From positions 62,684,001 through 62,748,000 of the forward strand of contig NC_087437.1 in NCBI RefSeq assembly GCF_036321535.1: a DNA stretch of 64,000 nt, in the 5' to 3' direction. Below are positions 14,065-25,616 of the stretch, one piece after another. Position 1 is the first letter of the stretch. Every line of letters starts with the position of its first letter. Below the pieces are notes generated by a model, which saw only the letters and a list, made by a program, of their open reading frames with translations, was not told where the DNA came from and did no database searches. The position numbers were made by a program, and so were the translations under genes. This DNA comes from Camelus dromedarius (taxonomy: Eukaryota).

Positions 14065-15166
14065 CTTGATGGGCAGCATGAGGAAGGGGGAAGAAAGAGA
14101 ACACAGTTAGAACACAGGCAGCTTTGGCTGGAGAGTGAGGAGAACTGGAGAGAAGCATGGACAATGGGAAACCAGGTGGAGAAATACCGGTGCTGTTAAG
14201 GTGGGGTGCGAATCACCGAGGGCGGCAGCATGCTCTTTTCGGGGAGAGGAGGCTGGGACTGTGTGGACAGCCGCTCATCTCACAGGAAGTAGCAATGGAA
14301 GCAACCAAATGAAGCCTGAGTGCTGTCAAATTTAAACTTGCCTTCCTTGAGGCTGGACTTCCCAGATGAGGGTAAAGAAGAGAGTACAATTTCTTTTCCC
14401 CAAGAAGGACATTAGAATGGGTTTCGATTGTTCTTAATTTGCCGAGGAAGGGAAATAAGACTCAGGGAGATAATCACACAGTGTAATAATATTAAACAGC
14501 AGCAGTCCGATTTCCACTGTCCAGAGGCAGATCTTTTCTGAGGGCCCAATGTAGAGAAAACAGAGCATGTCGTCTCTACAGGGACTTCCAGGGTCTGCCC
14601 AAACTTAGAATCAGTGAGTTCATGGTAATTGTTGGATTATTACAAAGCACTGACTTGGGCTTCATCAATGTGCCTCTCTTCTCTGCTCATGCAGAGGCCT
14701 GAAGGTGATGGCGTCTGAATACTGGGGAAAAGAAATGAAACTTTACCAAGGACACAGTAGCCCTTAAATTCCAAACCTCAGACTTCAAAGGGTTGGAGGT
14801 TTGGAAAGCATCCTAATCTCTTTACCCTGCATGTATTTTCAAACCTAGGATACTGAATGGGCGGCCTGGGGAACTTTAGTATGAATCAAGCATCTTGCAT
14901 TTCTAACAGAATAATACTGCAGATAATTTTGCTATAAAACATCTGCATAGTACACAGAGAAAGGTATAAAAGAAAAAAAGTAATACTTACTTATTTGAAT
15001 CGAAGTTGCCAGGAGAAATAAAAAATAAAAAATAAATTGATCTCGCATGCAAAATCCTACTAAACTACTTCCCCTCTGGTCCCCATCCACCCGCACTGCC
15101 TCGGGAGGATGCTGCAGGGTGGGAGTGGATGAGAGGTGGGACACAGCTCCGGAATACCTTACTCAC

Positions 15167-15290
15167 TTTAACAGAGACTTTGTTGCCCAGAATATCCTTG
15201 GGTTTACGAGGCCCTGTGGCTTCATTTTTACCCGTGTTCTCCACTTCCGCCCGCTTTCTCATGCGTAGAGTATGCCATGAACATGACTTC
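15167..15290 (-). CDS. KALRN: KALRN exon, 124 nt: (K)KSCSWHTLRMRKRAEVENTGKNEATGPRKPKDILGNKVSVK
   Basis: Acceptor acaacag|G, donor AAA|gtgagt; inside ORF 15065..15532. Confidence 0.96.
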
Positions 15291-18009
15291 CTGTTGTACC
15301 AAAAAATGCACCAATCAAAATGGCAGGTCAGGGCAGACTGAGGCGGTGGGTGGGCTGGCCACCCTTTGGGTGAGTCAGTAGGTGAGGTGCTCCGGTCAAG
15401 CCCCGGCTTCAGAGGCCCCAGACCTGCACACCAGCTCCTGCGGTGGCTGGCAGCAGGTATCACCTCCAACAGGAAGTGAGTGAGGATGAACTTTGACCCC
15501 TCCTGATAGATGTGCAAGGTTGGTTGTAGCATTTCAGGAAAGTATGAGTACTGACTTATTAAACTCTACCGGGGAAGTTTTTATATCATACTGATGAGGC
15601 CTTATTATAGGACTTGGGAATTCCCTTCCTGAAGGGTGTGGTGGATGGGAGAGGATTCAGGGGGTGGGGTAGGGGTGGAGTGGAGGATAAAACAGGAAAG
15701 ATAAGGGAAGTATATTCTACAGTACTTTCCCAGGATCAGATAGAAAGACCCCAAAGGGTGATGCTGAAGTTTCCATCTCACTGTTTGTATTTGGGCTGTG
15801 GCCACTCCCAAACACCACAGTACAGACAGGAGATTTTAGGGCCTTTTGCTTGACAAACAGGTGAGCACTACTCATCTATCCGCATATTTTAGGACGAAGG
15901 GTTTCTCGTCCTATGTTCTCCACATCACTCCATGTTTGTGAGTACAGGGCTCTGTCAACCCCTAAGAGGTCCTAGAATTTTCCTGTTGGGAGAAGACCCA
16001 ACACGTGCTCTCAGGGATGTGAGGGCAGCAATGCCCTTTCACACTAACCTAACTTCTTTCTTCTCATGAGGGGATTGGGAGCTATTTCCTCACAGAAACA
16101 TAAAGAGAGGCTCAGAGCAGGGCTCAAAGACAAAGACACCAAAAGCCAAGTCACAGACAGCATCAGGGACCATGGGCAGGCATCATCAACTTCAGGTCAC
16201 AGAGTCTGGATGAAGTTCTACCATGTCTAGAATAAGTGAGGTTGGCTTTCCTGCAGTGTCTCCTTGTCAAATTTAGGCCTATGCAGACATGGCTCAATGA
16301 AAAGAGCCTTCATTAAGGGAGAGGGGAGAAGGAGGCCTATGAGATTGAGGAGGAAGGACGATGCTCCAAAATGTGTAGCATCTCCTCCACGGAACTCCAC
16401 AAATGTCAGGATTTTAGGATGCCCTGTGGGAAGTGTTCTCAAAATATTTATCACTAAGACATGTTTCACAGTCAACTTCTTCTGAGTAGGAAAAAGCAAT
16501 AGTAGTCATGTCCTCAAATTTTTTTGGAAAGTGGGCTCCTTCAAGAGGCAAGAAAGAGTCTGTTGGCCAGACCTTCTCTTGTAGTTCCTAAACAGGCAGG
16601 TTCCCTAGGGTCCCCTGCCTACCAGCTCCTTGCTTCAAGCATTGTTTCTGAGTGAGAGCCAGTCATGGAAACTAACTTCCGACAACATCACTGTTAACTT
16701 CAGACTTCATCCCATGTCTTGACCCCCAAAGCCATGTCCCTGGCTCATTCTGAGAACATCTTGAGTCAGGGAGGTCCCTGCTGAAAAGACTTCCAGGGCT
16801 GCCAGCACAGTGTGTGTGTATGTGAGTGTGGAGATAGGTTCCTGTGCTTATCGCAGCCCTGGGGGTCATTCAGTATGCTTGGTGAGAAACCAGAAATGTT
16901 ACAAGTAACATTCCAAAGGGAGACTCAGTAGTACAAGCAGCAGGACCCACTCAATTTCATATTCTTCTTCCCAGAAGAACATTTCATCATGGTTTGGGGA
17001 GCTTCCATCTCTTGGCCACAAGCCCAGGGACTGATGTGGAAACAGGCTTGCAGTGACATTTATCCCGTAGGCATCACAACCAACTCGACCCTGGTGGTCA
17101 CAGCAGGCCCTGGGGTGTGGTGAGTGTCCTTCACTGATAAACAGTGACAGCCACTTGTAGCCCGTCGCTCTGCTCCACCCCCACCTCATGCAAGAGCAGC
17201 TAACAAGGAGCCAAGGAACTGGTATCTAAAGCTGCTCCCTCTCACCCAGCCTGACACCCCTTCTACGGCCCCTCCTATGGTAGGTGTGAAAAAGGGACCA
17301 GAAGATGCAAAGGTGAGGAGGGAGAAGTGCTGAGTGCTCGGGTAATCAGATCACAATGTATTACAAGAGTTAGCTCTGGAAGACATTGATTAATAAGAAC
17401 CTCAATGCTTTAAGGGCCTTAGTTCGCAAGGCTTTGTGAAAGGTACTGAAACCAAGGGTCTTTAGGATAAAGTGATTGGGGCCTATTGCCCTGTCGCGGC
17501 CACTACTGATTTCCAACTGGGCCTGTGGTGACCTAGAGAGGCCAGGGTGAGGTCAGCAGCCCCCTGCCCGAGCCGGAGATAGCGCCGAGGAAGTGCAGGG
17601 GTATTGGTGCTGCTGCCCAGGTGTCTACGGGATCTCCTTCACCCCAGCCACGGGGACCACGCGCAGGGAGAGCAGTGTGGGCTGACAGCCAAAACCCCAC
17701 CTCCTACCCCCATCATTAATGTACATCAACCTCTGGGTCACCCAGTTGGACGGCATCTGCTCTGCATCCTCCCTCCTCTCAGAGGTTAGATAGAATCCAT
17801 GGGGGCTGTTTACAAGGGAGGGCTAGGGTGGGAGCTTTAGCGATAAAGGCACTTTTTGTGAAGGAAAAAACTGCTAATGCATTCAACCAACTCCTAAAAC
17901 ACAAAGAAGGAAAAAAAAAAAAAGAAGAAGAAGAATCATTTGTACAGAATGAAAAGCCCCAGAATAGTGAAATGGGGAAAAAGGGTCCACTAGTCTTGAA
18001 CCTCATTAA

Positions 18010-18514
18010 AACATGCTCATGGTGAAAATTTATTTTACATATTTAAAATAGTACATTTAAAATTCTTAGGTACATTACAGGTACAATGTTGACCATTGTG
18101 ACTCTCACTATATTGCACAGCCTGACTTCATCCATATGGGTCTCTTTAAATAGTGCAAAATACTTTATACAGGAATGTGTATGGAAGGGTCTTCGCAACC
18201 AAAATAAGGAAAAGAAATATCTTACAAATTACCATGAACATATATTAAAGTGACAGGGGAGGGGGAAAATTAAAAAAAAAAAAGTTACAATCTGTACAGA
18301 GGAATTGCCACAGACAACCAAAAAGTCCCTCTCTTCTGGGAGAAGCAGCAGGCCTCTGACCTGTACAGGTCTGGCATTTGTGCTAAGGTCATTTTTTGGT
18401 GTCAATCAAAAAAAATATATATATATCAGTTACTTAATACAATATAAATAGAAGTCCAGTCCAGTGAATCCTGTGGTGAGTCAAATGAAGAACAGGAGGC
18501 ATGCCTTTTGTCAC
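18010..18514 (-). other. KALRN: 3'UTR of the SH3-2-terminated (Kal9-type) isoform; 3' end approximate
   Basis: AU-rich and repeat-free, with miRNA seed matches, a UGUA cluster and AATAAA. Confidence 0.7.
18029..18034 (-). terminator. Polyadenylation signal AATAAA (intronic, alternative last exon)
   Basis: Plus-strand TTTATT at 18029-18034; five minus-strand TGTA motifs within 55 nt upstream; U-rich tract further downstream (17900-17940). Confidence 0.7.
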
Positions 18515-18533
18515 CTAGGGTTTCAGTAGGGTT
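18515..18533 (-). CDS. KALRN: Alternative last exon, coding part: (K)TLLKP-stop (Kalirin-9-type C-terminus)
   Basis: A long pyrimidine tract (18543-18600 on the minus strand) precedes aaaag|A ACC CTA CTG AAA CCC TAG, in phase with the AA| donor at 18824. TLLKP matches my recollection of the rodent Kal9 end. Confidence 0.75.
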
Positions 18534-18823
18534 CTTTTCTTAATGAGGGTGGGGAGAAAAGAAAAAAAATAAACAGAAAATTACAAATGAAAAGGAAAGA
18601 AAAACCACCGCCACTACCACCACCACCAAGAACACTCGGAACCATCCCGGCTGGAGGCCCCATGCTGCGCGCGGTTCCAGCGCTCAGACAGCGGTCCCCG
18701 AGGCGCTGTCAAGAGTAAGCAGCAGTAATTCCCTACCGTGTGTTTGCATTTTTGTGTTCTTTGTTTTAAATTTTTTTAAATCCACATTCACTCCTCTCCC
18801 GGGGAAGCCAACGAGGCACTTAC

Positions 18824-19077
18824 TTGATGCTCCCGTCACTATTTTCCACGGCTGCTGTGGCTTTGGTGAGGGGCGCCAGAATACTGCCCGGGACCCAGCC
18901 CTCGGCCGCGGGGGAATGGTCACTGGCAGGCTGGAACACCAGGCACATGTTCTGCTGGTTGACGGCGAGGACTTGGACCACCTCACCTTGGCTCACACAG
19001 ATTTCATTCTCCTTCAGTGCATAGTAGTCTTTGATCACAGCCATGGATGAGGCCCCATTGCAGCCTCCTAGATCGCT
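18824..19077 (-). CDS. KALRN: KALRN exon, 254 nt: SDLGGCNGASSMAVIKDYYALKENEICVSQGEVVQVL...AEGWVPGSILAPL...DGSI(K) (SH3-2)
   Basis: Acceptor ctggcag|AGC, donor AA|gtaagt; SH3 motifs (DYYAL, EGWVP); ORF 18820..19110. Confidence 0.97.
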
Positions 19078-19840
19078 CTGCCAGCAGACAAGGGCACGAG
19101 GGACAAACACAAGAAGGCTGGTTCACAAGGGCTTGCTTTGCAATCTACTGTGGGGCTGAAAGCCAGCCCTCCCACTAGCATGGTGAACAGTGGGCAGAAG
19201 ATTGTCTTGAGTAACGAAATCATATTCATAGACGGGCTCTGAAAACATGTTGGATAGCAGTGTCTCATATAATATTGTAACTAAGGATGAAAAGGTGGAG
19301 ATACTGCCCAGCCTGGGGTGAAGGCAGGAAGCTAGAAGTCCTCCTGAGCATGCACCTTCCCGGCCGCACCCTCCAGCTGGTGGAAGGAAGACTGCGGCAC
19401 AGGCACGGGGATATGTAAGCACTGGGGCGGAATGAGGTCCAGGCAAAGGTCAGGTCAGGGGTCACAATCCGCCAATGAAAAGAACACAGACTCTTTGACA
19501 CATTTTTTTTTTCTTCCTTTTGAAAAGGCATTGGCCTTACTCTAAATTCTGACCCTCCTTGAGACAGGAGTAATGATGAGACATTTGCCCAATTCAAAGA
19601 CCAGGCCATCACCCATCCTGACCCAATGGCTGTGGGAACAGAACTCCTCCAGCCCCCCTGTATTCATTAATATGAGGGGTCCTGCCTCCATGGCCTTTTC
19701 ATGCAACTCTGCACCAGGGAAGCTGCCCCTAGACAGACTTATAACTCCCAAGGAGGCCAGGCTGCCTCACAGAGCATGGTGAGAGCCAGAAAGTCTTCAG
19801 TAAGTTAATGTGACTTCAACCTATTCATGAGGTTAGGGAA

Positions 19841-20067
19841 TTTTTTTTTTCAAATTGAAGTATAGTTGATTAGCAATATTGAGTTAGTTTCAGGTGTACA
19901 GCAATGTGATTCAGTTACATATATATATACATATATATGTATTTTTTTCAATTCAATTCCATTTTGGTTTATTATAAGATATTGAATATAGTTCCCTGTG
20001 TGATACAGTAAATCCTTGTTATTTTTCTGTTTTATATATGGTAGCATGCATCTGTTAACCCCCTACT
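19841..20067 (-). mobile_element. L1 3' end, 5'-truncated
   Basis: Poly-T then aattgaagtatagttgatt...aatatagttccctgtg...cagtaaatccttgtt. Confidence 0.85.
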
Positions 20068-20942
20068 TGCCAAGCAGGAAATTTTTAAGATGAAAAATCA
20101 TTTCCAGGTCAGTATAGTTACTCTAACACAGAATTGAACTTAGACATTAATCCTTAATTTTTAAAAATTAGTATCATCTAATAATACTAATTATTATAAT
20201 AACTGATTATTATTATAATAGTATTATAAAACTATAAAAGTGAGAAAATGTAGGTCAGAAATGTAGATGTTCCTATTTACAGACTCACTGAGTTCTAGAG
20301 GAAACAGGACTGATGAGATTAAGTAACTTGCTGAGTTTCTAGGGCAAGGTGCAGAGTTCTGAGCTGCAGAAATTGGAATGGAAACCAGATTGCCTGATTC
20401 CTGATCTAGCACTTTTCCCATTTGTTGTCATTCCTAACTATCTTGAGGGGTTAAAACAGCTGTGTAGACTGGACCTACAGTCACACTGATGACTATCCTC
20501 ATGGTTATGCTTGAACTGCGGCTGATCTGTGATAAATGTTTAATCTAAGGCTAGCTTCTCCCATTCACACATCGATGAACAACTGCCCCTGGACGCAACA
20601 GCTCACAGGTGGTGAGTAACTGTGAGCTCACTTGAGCAGCTTGTTCTTAGAAAGGGCAATCTCTTCAAGACGTCAAACCTTGGAGTTGTGACTTTTAGAT
20701 GATCCACACCACATGGATGTGCTGTGATGTGCTATATATTATAACTGCCACTACAATATTACCTTCCATTTGCATGGCATTTCTGCAGATGACAACAGCC
20801 CTTTAACACGGAGTGTCTGAAGCAGGGGGAACTGGTCAAACTAGCTCAATTTGCAGGAGAAGGAAGAGAAATCATCGAGACTAGTCTGAATTTAGTGGGC
20901 TATTCCTGCTAAAATGATCAGCATAAAAAGATGCTACTTCCT

Positions 20943-21562
20943 GTATATCCAGGGGAAACTCTAATTTGAAAAGATACACGCACCACAATGTTCACAGCAG
21001 CACTATATACAATAGCACAAGACATGGAAACAACCTAAATGTCTATTGATAGATGACTGGATAAAGAAGTTGGTATATTTATACAATGGGATACTAGTCA
21101 GCCATAAAAAAGAATAAAATAATGCCATTTGCAGCAACATGGATGGACCTGGAGAATGTCATTCTAAGTGAAGTAAGCCAGAAAGAGAAAGAAAAATACC
21201 ATATGATATCACTTATATATGGAATCATAAAAAAAAAAATACATCAATGAACTTATTTACAAAACAGAAACAGACTCAACAGACATAGAAAACAAACTTA
21301 TGGTTACCAGGAGTGAAGAGGGTGGGAAAGGATAAACTGGGAGTTGATTTGCAGATACTAACTACTATATATAAAATAAACAACAAGTTTATACTATATA
21401 GTACAGGGAACTATATTCAATACCTTGTAGTAACATATAATGAAAAACCATATGAAAACGAATATATGTACGTGTATGTATGATTGGGACATTACGCTGC
21501 ACACCAGAAATTGACACCACACTGTAAACTGACTATACTTCAATTAAAAATAAATTAAAAAC
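20943..21562 (+). mobile_element. Young L1 (ORF2 C-terminus plus 3'UTR), 5'-truncated, with target-site duplication
   Basis: L1 motifs (gcagcaacatggatggacctggag, aagccagaaagagaaagaaaaatacc). TSD aagatgctacttcct (20928-20942) versus aaaatactacttcct (21563-21577). Confidence 0.9.
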
Positions 21563-21638
21563 AAAATACTACTTCCTAAAGTAGGCAGAGGCTGCGCCCT
21601 TAAGGTGGTGAGAGTGGCAGTATTGGGCTGTCACTTAC

Positions 21639-21877
21639 CTTGCTGGCCTCAAACTTGTCCCCAGCCTGGTGGTAGTCAAACCCCGGACTGCCATTGGAGG
21701 TAGATATCTTCAGGGGTGGCAGAGGCGGGTTATAGCTGGAGCCCTTTGGGGGCTTCTCGGAGCCCACGGGGGCAGAGGAGTAGGGCCTGGGGCTGGCTTG
21801 GGGAGCCCTGGCAGGCTGGGACCGCATCACGGCTGTGCTCCTTTCTTTCCGCTGGTACTCAATGGGTGACTGCAGTG
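21639..21877 (-). CDS. KALRN: KALRN exon, 239 nt: (A)LQSPIEYQRKERSTAVMRSQPARAPQASPRP...GDKFEASK (PH2-SH3 linker)
   Basis: Acceptor cctgcag|CA, donor AAG|gtaagt; ORF 21600..21830. Confidence 0.96.
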
Positions 21878-21959
21878 CTGCAGGGTAAGAGCAGACTGTT
21901 ACTCCAAGCTCTGGAAATCCCCCAAGGACTTGGACGTTTATGAGGTACAGGTTTTGTGC

Positions 21960-22830
21960 AAGAGTGAGGATGTGTGAGGAAGATACTGCCCTTGTTTTTA
22001 AGGGATGTATATTCTACTGAGAACTCTTCTTAGTTTTGTCTAAGTGATGAAAATGCACAAACAAAATGGTGCCATGTGTGAGGGGCAAGTGTTGTACAAA
22101 AGAAGGGAGAGAGGGCTCTGTGGGATGTGTGTGTGTGGTGGACACAGGGAAAGGCGGTGGTGGTAATAAAGAGCTTCAGAAACCGCCAGCCCTCAGGCCC
22201 TGACATGCAGGCTCGCAGGAAGGAAGCAAGTGTGAAGCAGGTCTGGGGAACAGGATGGAGTCAGATTCCCTGGAGCACAGGGCTATGGGTCTCTGCAGAG
22301 GGAGGGAAGATGAGACAGGTAAAGGAGGTTGGAGGTGCCATGGTTAAAAGATTTAGAAAGCCAGGCTAATGAGTCTGATTTAATTCTGAAGATCATGACA
22401 AGTGACTGAATTAAGTGAACCTGAATGTTTGAAATCCAGGCGCTCTCACCAGATCTCACCAGGGTGCGCCTGAAGGACATTAACCTTGTAGCAGGTGGGA
22501 GGAGGGACCGGCGAGGGTCATTAGGAGGCATGAGATAGTAACAGAGGAGAGGCCCTGGGTGACCCAGAGCAGAGCCGTGGGAATGCGGAGCGGGTGCGGT
22601 GTGGCCAGGGCTCCAGCGGGAGATAAGACTGACACAGCCTAGACGGGAAAGCTGGCGAGAATCGAGGGCTGCTCGGGTTTGGAGACTGAGAGAACAGTGG
22701 TCAATGGAACTCAGGAGACACAAGAAAAGCTGCTTTGAAGGGAAAGATGTGAGCTTTGTTTTACTGAGTTTAAGATAAAGTTCCAAGGTCTGAGTACTAA
22801 AGAGGTACAGCCAGGCAAAAGCCACACAGG
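21960..22830 (-). mobile_element. L2 fragments
   Basis: Degraded L2 antisense phrasing (agccaggctaatgagtctgatttaattctg; gatgtgagctttgttttactgagttt); boundaries approximate. Confidence 0.5.
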
Positions 22831-23624
22831 TCAAATTCTCCAACAGTGACTTCAGGGCTGGCCTGATTATGCTGTTTCTACTGGTGTTCGCTGTAGCAAA
22901 TATTTAATTGGTTTAATGGCTGGGACCCAGACAGTTTTCAATTATAAGGCTATCTCTATAGTAACAGGTATGTACTTCAATAGGACTCAAGATACGGTCA
23001 ACATTTCCTTTCTATTTGAGGCCTCAGGAGGAAAAGGTTGGCTCTGAGTGGGCTGCACATGTGTCTATAAGTAAAAGCCTGGCCCCAGTCCATCATCACA
23101 TCCTTCTTTTGAGTGTGTCAAGGTATGGGATAGGCTCCAGCCAGACCTCAGCTTTTCTCCTTGGAGAGCATTCAATATTTAGGTTCTGATATGCTAGCTC
23201 AGTAATAGCTCCATAATTCACTGTTATTAGGTGAAAGGTCTCTTGGAACCATAAAAAGTCTGAATCACTGACTATGCCCAAGAAGCGCAGTTCCAAGTAT
23301 TAAGTAGACGGCAGAGGGTTGTGACGCAGGCCGTAGCGAGCGGATCTGATGAACCAATGCCCATCGTATAGAACTGGGGCATTACCTGATTACATGCAAT
23401 GGCTGGGCTAACGTGCTTGAAAATAGCATGTCTTCTAAAATAAGCACTATAGGGAGCCTCCACTCTTCTACCCGCCTCAATCTTCATAACTTAGGTCTTA
23501 GGATCAGGAAAGCCGTGCATCTTCTGACAGGGTCTGTATCTGGCTGATGGACACACTGTCTTACATCTGATCCTGTTTCGCACTTTGTCTCATTGACAAA
23601 AGTGGCCTGACCACTACAGTTTTG

Positions 23625-23870
23625 TGGGTAAGAGTCTAATTTCAAGTCATCCAGTTCTGGGTTCAAGCTCTTGTTCTATCAACCACTATTTTTGCAACTT
23701 TGGACAAGTTTATTAACTTCCCTGATACTCCTTTTCCTCATTTGAAAAATACAGGATGATAGTATTTAGCTTCCCAGGTTGATGAGAGGACTAAGTGTGA
23801 TAATACTGTGAAATGATTAGCATCGTGCCTCCCCCAGAGAAAGGACTCAGTACATGGGAGCCATTATTTT
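23625..23870 (+). mobile_element. MIR SINE, near full length
   Basis: ctgggttcaagctct...actttggacaagtttattaacttccctga...ttttcctcatttgaaaaat. Confidence 0.75.
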
Positions 23871-24397
23871 ACTCACTTACATTAGCCATTAATTGTTTCC
23901 GGTTTCGGTTTATTGTCCTACCTTATTTTTCCTTTGTTCTGAATTAATGAACTTTTAAAAACCTCATTCCAGCTTAGAATCTATCAGAAATTCCTAACCA
24001 ATAGGATGCATTTTGCTGAATATATTTTATATGCACATATTTTTGCTTAAAATTACTTTATCCACACAAGCGTTAATTCAAAAGTCGTATACTCAGAAAG
24101 TGTAAACTATATACAACTTTCATTACAATCCCTCAGGGCCTGGCTTGTGGTTAATTTTAGACAGTTTAGAATGAGAAAGAACCCTAGAGATTACTTGGTT
24201 TATTTTTTTTCACCAAACTGTTTTACAGTTGGGCGATCAGGGGCATGGTCCCAAAATACTCTCCATTAAGTGTGTAATGGCTTTGAAGTCTCATGTTCTA
24301 TTTTAAAAAGTCAAAGCATCCTGCTACACAATCTCTTTTTATTTGCTTTAAAATAAACACAATGTGTTAGGTCCCTCACCGTGGCCCACATTGATAC

Positions 24398-25069
24398 CTG
24401 GTCATCTTCCAGGTTGTCTAGTGTTATCTGGAGATAACTGGGGGTTTGGCAGATCAGCTCAAATCCCCTTTTGCTCCCAACAGAGGTGATTGCGAACTCT
24501 CAATTTCGGTAATAACCTTAAAAGTTTCCGGAACAAACTGACAATTACACAGAGACTGACGCTCTCTATGGGATGTGTGCCCTGTTTTCCTGTTTCCAGA
24601 GCTGCTGCAACTCCATGGCACCTGCCCGCCGGGGGCAGAGTAGATCGTTTCTCCTTTTCACAAAAGAGCCAACTGAAGCCCAGAGAAACTCCGCTACCTG
24701 CCCAACGTCCCCAATGAGTGTGTCACCTTTAATCTTTCCCCACAGCATTCAGTTTTGTGCCAGACACCCAGCAAGTGCTCTATCTGCATCATTTGAGAGA
24801 ATCCAGATTCTAGATAACAAGAAGTGACCCACCCACGGGTGGACACGTGCGTGCCAACGTGTGAGCACATATGGCCACACAGTGCTCCTGCAGGTCCACA
24901 GAGTTCATCCCTGTCTCTGTAACCAGGTCAGTTTGTTCTGGGAAATTTCAAGGTATTAGTGAAATTGAGAGTTAGCAATCCTATCTGTTGGGAGAAAAAG
25001 GGATTTGAGCTGATCTGCCAAACCCCTAGTTATCTCTAGATAACACTAGACAACCTAGGAGATTACCAG
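24398..25069. repeat. Long inverted repeat, arms about 24398-24542 and 24927-25069
   Basis: Hand alignment of the left arm to the reverse complement of the right arm: about 127/145 identical; core 24411-24468 has 2 mismatches in 58 nt. Confidence 0.92.
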
Positions 25070-25444
25070 CCATTAGTTACCAAATGGAAAAATATACGTC
25101 ATTGATAGCTGGCCCCTGAGACAAAGAGGGTGTGCCCATTTCAGACTTTTGCCCCAATTATTACCTGCCGATAGTGGAGGCCACAAGGCACATCCCCTAT
25201 GTCGAGGCTACGAGAGATCACCCTTTCTTCTGAAAAGATGGATTTCTTTATCATGCCCCGTCTGTCCACTTGCATATTCAGGTTCAGAAAATTTCTAAAC
25301 AAAAGTGTTTCTGAAAGCTACCGAGCTTTCAGATCACATAAATGTGATCGGGGCTCAGAACTTACTGTGAGCCCAGACCCAAGGAGGCTCAGAGGTGTGG
25401 GGTGCCCTGAAATGGCTTGGCTAGAAGCCAGGCCCAGTACCCAC

Positions 25445-25616
25445 CATTTAAGAAGTCTCGCTGTGTTTCTAAGACTTGGTTGATGTCCTGCACCCAGGCC
25501 TGCTGGATGTCAGCATTGGCAGCTTGCAGAATGACCCTCTCCGAAGTCTCCCGGTTCATGAGTGCAAACTTGCAGGGGTCATTGTCCACGTTCTCTTCCA
25601 GGACCAAGTAATTCAT
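25445..25616 (-). CDS. KALRN: KALRN exon, 172 nt: MNYLVLEENVDNDPCKFAL...QQAWVQDINQVLETQRDFLN(A) (PH2)
   Basis: Acceptor cttccag|ATG, donor ATG|gtgggt; ORF 25389..25661. Confidence 0.97.

Noticed and set aside
23347..23389. TGATGA...CTGA with an internal hairpin, resembling a C/D snoRNA
   Set aside because: Only 43 nt, box C lacks the leading purine, and it is antisense to the host gene.
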